Source of the DNA: Pseudomonadota bacterium
GTDB lineage: Bacteria; Pseudomonadota; Gammaproteobacteria; Ga0077536
Assembly (NCBI GenBank): GCA_039030125.1
Contig: JBCCEV010000001.1
Span: 1-53,609, forward strand
Direction of reading: 5' to 3'
Length of the DNA: 53,609 bases
Position numbers and translations under genes: made by a program
The notes under the pieces: model-generated
Database searches by the model: none
Seen by the model: only the letters and a program-made list of their open reading frames with translations
What the model was told of the DNA's origin: nothing
Part shown: positions 49,764 through 53,609 of the stretch, piece by piece
How the letters are laid out: the number at the start of each line of letters is the position of its first letter
How positions within the stretch are numbered: the stretch's first letter is position 1

Positions 49764-51059
49764 ATGGCAACCGAAGTACCTGATCGCCTCGGCAAATACG
49801 AAGTTGTTGAAGAAATCGCGCGCGGCAGTATGGGTACGGTGTTCTTGGGCCACGATCCCTACATCGATCGCCCGGTTGCGATCAAAGTCGCACACGCTGA
49901 GCAGCTCAACGATGAGGAGTCTGGCGATCGATTTCGGAAGATGTTTTTTATTGAGGCCCATACCGCGGGCCGCCTCACGCATCCGAATATCATTGGTATT
50001 TATGACGCTGGTGTCGACGGCGAAGCGTGTTACATCATCATGGAATGGATCGAAGACGGTCTAACCCTCAAAGAGTACACCCGGGCGGATAATCTGCTGC
50101 CCCTGGAAAAAGTCGTTGAGATTGTCTTTAAATGTGCGAAAGCCCTGGATTATGCGCACAAGCAAGGCGTCATCCACCGCGATATAAAGCCGACCAATAT
50201 CTTGGTAACCAAGGACGTTGACGTGAAGATTGGTGATTTCAGTATCGCGCATCTCACCAAGATGGATTCAACCGAAACCATGCCAATGGGATTGGTTGGC
50301 TCACCACGCTATATGTCGCCCGAGCAAGTCACCGAAGACTACATTACGAGTCAAACCGACTTATTTTCTCTGGGCGTGATCATGTATGAGCTCCTGTCCG
50401 GCAAGCACCCTTTTTCGGCGGAGAATTTTTCTCGCTTGGTGCAAAGGATCCTAAACGAGGATCCCCCGGACATTAAGCAAATCCGCTCCGAGATCCCTGA
50501 GACCTTGGTGGACATCCTAACCAAGACCTTATCCAAGGATCGCGAAGTGCGGTATCAAATGGGCATGGACCTCGCATCGGATCTCAGTAAAGCATTTGAT
50601 GCACTGCTGGAGGAGCCGGCGGAGAATATTTCAGAGCAAGAGCAATTTCACGCCGTCAAGCAACTGGAATTTTTCGAAGGTTTTCCCGACGCCGAGGTCT
50701 GGGAAATCGTTCGCGCCGGTAACTGGCAGGATTACAAAGACAACGAAGAGATCATTATTGAGGGCGAACTTGACGATTCGTTCTATATCATCGTCAATGG
50801 CGAGGTGTTGGTGCGCAAGGGAAGCACGGACTTACGCAACCTGGCCTCTGGTGACTGCTTTGGAGAAATGGGCTACCTCGCGAAAACAAAGCGGACCGCG
50901 ACGATTGTTGCCGCCGGTTCAACCTCCTTGCTCAAGCTTAATTCAACGGTCATCAGCCAGGTATCGCTGAATTGTCAGGTCCGTTTCTTGAAAGTGTTTT
51001 TGCGTACCCTGATCCATCGTCTTTCTGTGACTACTGAGAAAATCTCCCAAGACGTCTAA
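49764..51059 (+). CDS. Hanks-type Ser/Thr protein kinase fused to a C-terminal cyclic-nucleotide-binding domain (paralog 2)
   Basis: 431 aa, collinear with paralog 1. Motifs ARGSMG, VAIKV, HRDIKPTN, DFS, SPRYMSPE. cNMP domain with FGEMGYL...KRTATIVA. Confidence 0.85.
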   Translation: MATEVPDRLGKYEVVEEIARGSMGTVFLGHDPYIDRPVAIKVAHAEQLNDEESGDRFRKMFFIEAHTAGRLTHPNIIGIYDAGVDGEACYIIMEWIEDGLTLKEYTRADNLLPLEKVVEIVFKCAKALDYAHKQGVIHRDIKPTNILVTKDVDVKIGDFSIAHLTKMDSTETMPMGLVGSPRYMSPEQVTEDYITSQTDLFSLGVIMYELLSGKHPFSAENFSRLVQRILNEDPPDIKQIRSEIPETLVDILTKTLSKDREVRYQMGMDLASDLSKAFDALLEEPAENISEQEQFHAVKQLEFFEGFPDAEVWEIVRAGNWQDYKDNEEIIIEGELDDSFYIIVNGEVLVRKGSTDLRNLASGDCFGEMGYLAKTKRTATIVAAGSTSLLKLNSTVISQVSLNCQVRFLKVFLRTLIHRLSVTTEKISQDV

Positions 51060-51075
51060 GTAAGGGGATACGCCT

Positions 51076-52173
51076 ATGCTCATTCGCTGGCTCGGTGTCT
51101 TAATCTCATTCTCTTCGGTGTTGGCGTGTGCCGCACCGCCAATTGAGCGACTTTCATTACCTCCCGGATTTACAATCTCCTTGTATGCGGAGGACGTGCC
51201 TAGCGCGCGACAGCTAGCAGTGAGCCCGAGCGGCGTTGTATATGCGGGTTCGCGAGGTGCGGGCAACGTCTATGCGATTGTCGATGCCGATGGTGACCAC
51301 CGCGCTGATCAGGTTCGAACGATTGCGCGGGATCTTTATATGCCTAGCGGTGTCGCGTTTCACGGTGGCGCACTGTATGTCGCGGAAGTGAACCAAATCT
51401 TGCGGTTCGAAGATATCGAAGCGGATCTTGCGGATCCGCCTAAGGGCGCGGTGATATTCGACGAGCTGCCCTCGGAGTCTCATCATGGTTGGAAATTTAT
51501 TGCTTTCGGACCGGATGGCAAGCTCTATATCCCGATCGGCGTGCCATGCAATATTTGCCCGGAGAACGATCCTTATGGAACGATTTCGGCCCTAGATTTA
51601 GAAACTGGCGCGCTAGAAATCTATGCCCGCGGGATCCGCAATTCTGTTGGCTTCGACTGGTTTCCCGAAACCAGCGATCTGTGGTTCACCGATAATGGCC
51701 GGGACTGGCTTGGCGACGACCGCCCGCCGTGCGAAATAAATCGGGCCCGTGGCGCGGGGCTGCACTTTGGGTTTCCTTATCTCCATGGTACGCATATCAA
51801 AGACCCAGAATACGGTGGCAAGGGTGGGACCAGGGTATTCACGCCCCCAGTATTGAACCTGCAGGCACATGTTGCGCCGGTCGGAATGACGTTTTACCAG
51901 GGCGAGCAGTTTCCTGAAAATTACAAAAACAGACTCTTTGTTGCCGAGCACGGTTCTTGGAACCGTTCTCGTAAAGTTGGCTACCGGGTGATGATGGGCA
52001 CGGTCGATGAGCAGACTAAGCTTGTCGATTATCGACCGTTCGTCGAGGGTTGGTTGCAAGGCCAAGGGACCTGGGGGCGGCCAGCGGATATCGCCACTTT
52101 ACCCGATGGGTCGATAATCATCTCCGATGATCAGGCTGGTGTGATTTATCGTGTGACCTATCAAGGGACCTGA
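51076..52173 (+). CDS. PQQ-dependent sugar (glucose/sorbosone) dehydrogenase-family beta-propeller protein, exported
   Basis: 365 aa. Signal peptide MLIRWLGVLISFSSVLAC, with VLAC as a possible lipobox. Sorbosone-dehydrogenase-like stretches (HHGWKFIAFGPDGKLYIPIG, GIRNSVGFDW, WFTDNGRD). Starts 16 nt after kinase 2. Confidence 0.75.
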   Translation: MLIRWLGVLISFSSVLACAAPPIERLSLPPGFTISLYAEDVPSARQLAVSPSGVVYAGSRGAGNVYAIVDADGDHRADQVRTIARDLYMPSGVAFHGGALYVAEVNQILRFEDIEADLADPPKGAVIFDELPSESHHGWKFIAFGPDGKLYIPIGVPCNICPENDPYGTISALDLETGALEIYARGIRNSVGFDWFPETSDLWFTDNGRDWLGDDRPPCEINRARGAGLHFGFPYLHGTHIKDPEYGGKGGTRVFTPPVLNLQAHVAPVGMTFYQGEQFPENYKNRLFVAEHGSWNRSRKVGYRVMMGTVDEQTKLVDYRPFVEGWLQGQGTWGRPADIATLPDGSIIISDDQAGVIYRVTYQGT

Positions 52174-52176
52174 CTC

Positions 52177-52770
52177 TTGAGTTCCGTCGCAGACGCCTTC
52201 CAGGCGTTGGCGCAGGCTACCTCGCACTTGCGGGTTGACGAGCTAGACGAGAATCAGTTTTTCGAACGGTGGCTCAAGCACGACACCTGGCCCGTGGAAG
52301 ATAGCCTGCCGATGCTATTGGCGATTGAGCCCGAGCGTTGGAATCGTGAGAATGTTTCTAGCAACGCTTTTGCGATCGAAGTTCAATCACAGATCCGCGA
52401 ATTCATGTCAGGCTCCGCTGAGGTGGCACCACTCCAAGTTGTCCGGTGGGCGCAAACACAGGCCATTCAAATTTCACCAATCCTGAGTGGATTGGCGGAT
52501 TTCATCGGCCGCGTATTGCACCAAGGGGGCCTCGCGGCAACGAGCGCGGATCTCGAAGCGCCGGGCAACGACGATAGAGAACGGATCCTGGGTGCGGCAC
52601 TGGCGGTCGTCACCAAGTCGCCCTCCAATTGTAAAGACGATAACGGCTTTTTTGATGGGCAACGTATCGTGGGGGAGATTTTGGCAAAGGCGGTTTTGTG
52701 GTTTCCCACTGGCCGGCCATCACTGAGCGATGAAGAGATGGCAGATCTAATCGAAAGCTGGCTGCGTTAG
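52177..52770 (+). CDS. Hypothetical protein with no recognised domain
   Basis: 197-aa ORF, soluble, acidic. The TTG start lies 3 nt after the dehydrogenase stop, with AAGGGA 8 nt upstream. The first in-frame ATG is at codon 46, so the start is uncertain. Confidence 0.5.
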   Translation: MSSVADAFQALAQATSHLRVDELDENQFFERWLKHDTWPVEDSLPMLLAIEPERWNRENVSSNAFAIEVQSQIREFMSGSAEVAPLQVVRWAQTQAIQISPILSGLADFIGRVLHQGGLAATSADLEAPGNDDRERILGAALAVVTKSPSNCKDDNGFFDGQRIVGEILAKAVLWFPTGRPSLSDEEMADLIESWLR

Positions 52771-53609
52771 GAGTTGCCATCGCCGATATGATTGGCGCCC
52801 CTTTGTGCGGCTAGCGCTACCTGCCTGCGACGCTCGGCGAACCTCTTGCGTTGGCTTGTTGTTGTCTCGTTCACACAATGCGGGCAGGAGACGCTGGGCT
52901 GATAATCGTTTGACGCCATGTCCGTGGCAGACAACGGGCGGCGGCACGCGTGGCATTGCTCATAGGAGCCCGGGCTCAGGTCGTTCTTGACCGCAACTCG
53001 CGAATCAAATACGAAACATTCACCTTCCCACTTCTGCCGTGCCGCGGGCGTGTCCTCCAGATAGCGCAAAATTCCGCCGTCGAGTTGATATACCTGTTCA
53101 AAGCCTTTGGCGAGCAACAGCGCGCTGGCTTTTTCACAGCGAATACCGCCCGTGCAATACATGGCAACCTTCTGGAAACCCTCCGACTTCAGCGCATCGA
53201 CTTGATCGGGGAATTCACGAAAGTTGGTTGTGTTCGCGCTTTTCGCACCGCTGAATCGACCGATGGCGTACTCATAATCGTTGCGGGTATCGAGCACCAA
53301 TACACTGGGATCATCGAGCAGCGCGTCCCACTCCTGGGCACCGACATGTTTGCCGCTGCGCCGCGCCGGATCGATATCGTGAACGCCCATCGAGACAATC
53401 TCTTTCCGGAGCTTTACCTTGAAACGATGAAAAGGCGCCGACGGCGCGGCTGAATACTTCAATTCAACTCCCGCCAAGCCGGGTATCTCAGCTAAGGTCT
53501 CTACGAACTGGGCGATCGCGCTTTTGCTGCCCGCGATGGTTCCATTAAGCCCTTCTGTGGCGACCAGCACCGTGCCTTTCAACGACAAACCCTGGCCACG
53601 ATGAATCAA
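52767..53609 (-). CDS. trhO: Rhodanese-domain protein UPF0176/YceA (tRNA uridine(34) hydroxylase TrhO); 5' end lies outside the window
   Basis: The ORF runs to the window edge. MYCTGGIRCEKAS rhodanese active-site loop and a C-terminal Cys-rich tail (CHAC...CPHC), as in E. coli YceA as I recall it. Confidence 0.85.
   Translation of the reverse strand: MIHRGQGLSLKGTVLVATEGLNGTIAGSKSAIAQFVETLAEIPGLAGVELKYSAAPSAPFHRFKVKLRKEIVSMGVHDIDPARRSGKHVGAQEWDALLDDPSVLVLDTRNDYEYAIGRFSGAKSANTTNFREFPDQVDALKSEGFQKVAMYCTGGIRCEKASALLLAKGFEQVYQLDGGILRYLEDTPAARQKWEGECFVFDSRVAVKNDLSPGSYEQCHACRRPLSATDMASNDYQPSVSCPHCVNETTTSQRKRFAERRRQVALAAQRGANHIGDGNS

Noticed and set aside
49524-49982. A 152-aa minus-strand ORF spanning the pgi/kinase-2 intergenic region and the kinase-2 start.
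   Set aside because: It overlaps the conserved Gly-loop region of kinase 2 in antisense and has no supporting motif.
1-53609. CRISPR arrays, transposases/IS ends, toxin-antitoxin pairs, restriction enzymes and known defence-system signatures.
   Set aside because: Reading both strands and the ORF track turned up none. The only DNA-modification gene (22801-23601) has no nuclease partner, so I treat it as an orphan.

Overview
This window is mostly core chromosomal DNA from a moderately GC-rich proteobacterium. The gene order looks gamma/beta-proteobacterial, but the taxon is only my inference. I call about 55 protein genes and one tRNA.

Landmarks, left to right:
- SLT lytic transglycosylase (5' end cut by the window edge)
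- LysR regulator divergent from an SDR gene
- Met/His-rich outer-membrane barrel
- ytoQ-like, GST, DUF1272 and ilvD, all on the minus strand
- argE-argA
- exported methyltransferase and nitronate monooxygenase
- VPLPA-CTERM secreted protein
- MaoC dehydratase plus a nitrilase-superfamily paralog
- clpS-clpA, then aceA
- membrane protein
- MetE-like transferase plus FAD/BBE oxidase
- bolA / DNA methyltransferase / dapE operon
- yciO, M50 protease, trpS, scpA, scpB, rluB
- tpiA, secG, tRNA-Leu(GAG), then a complete 14-gene nuoA-N operon with nuoC and nuoD unfused
- psd and an SCO1/SenC protein
- two paralogous Ser/Thr-kinase::cNMP-binding genes bracketing pgi
- PQQ-type sugar dehydrogenase, an unassigned ORF, and trhO (5' end cut by the window edge)

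I saw no CRISPR array, transposase, integrase, prophage genes or recognisable defence operon. I cannot point to a clear novel multi-gene system.

The items most worth follow-up:
1. The duplicated single-chain kinase/cNMP-sensor genes around pgi.
2. A CcrM/HinfI-like orphan adenine methyltransferase translationally coupled between bolA and dapE.
3. A nitrilase-superfamily protein whose nucleophile Cys appears replaced by Ala, paired with a MaoC hydratase.
4. A VPLPA-CTERM sorting-signal protein with no sortase nearby.

All functional calls come from reading motifs by eye and from recalled family knowledge. No searches were run.
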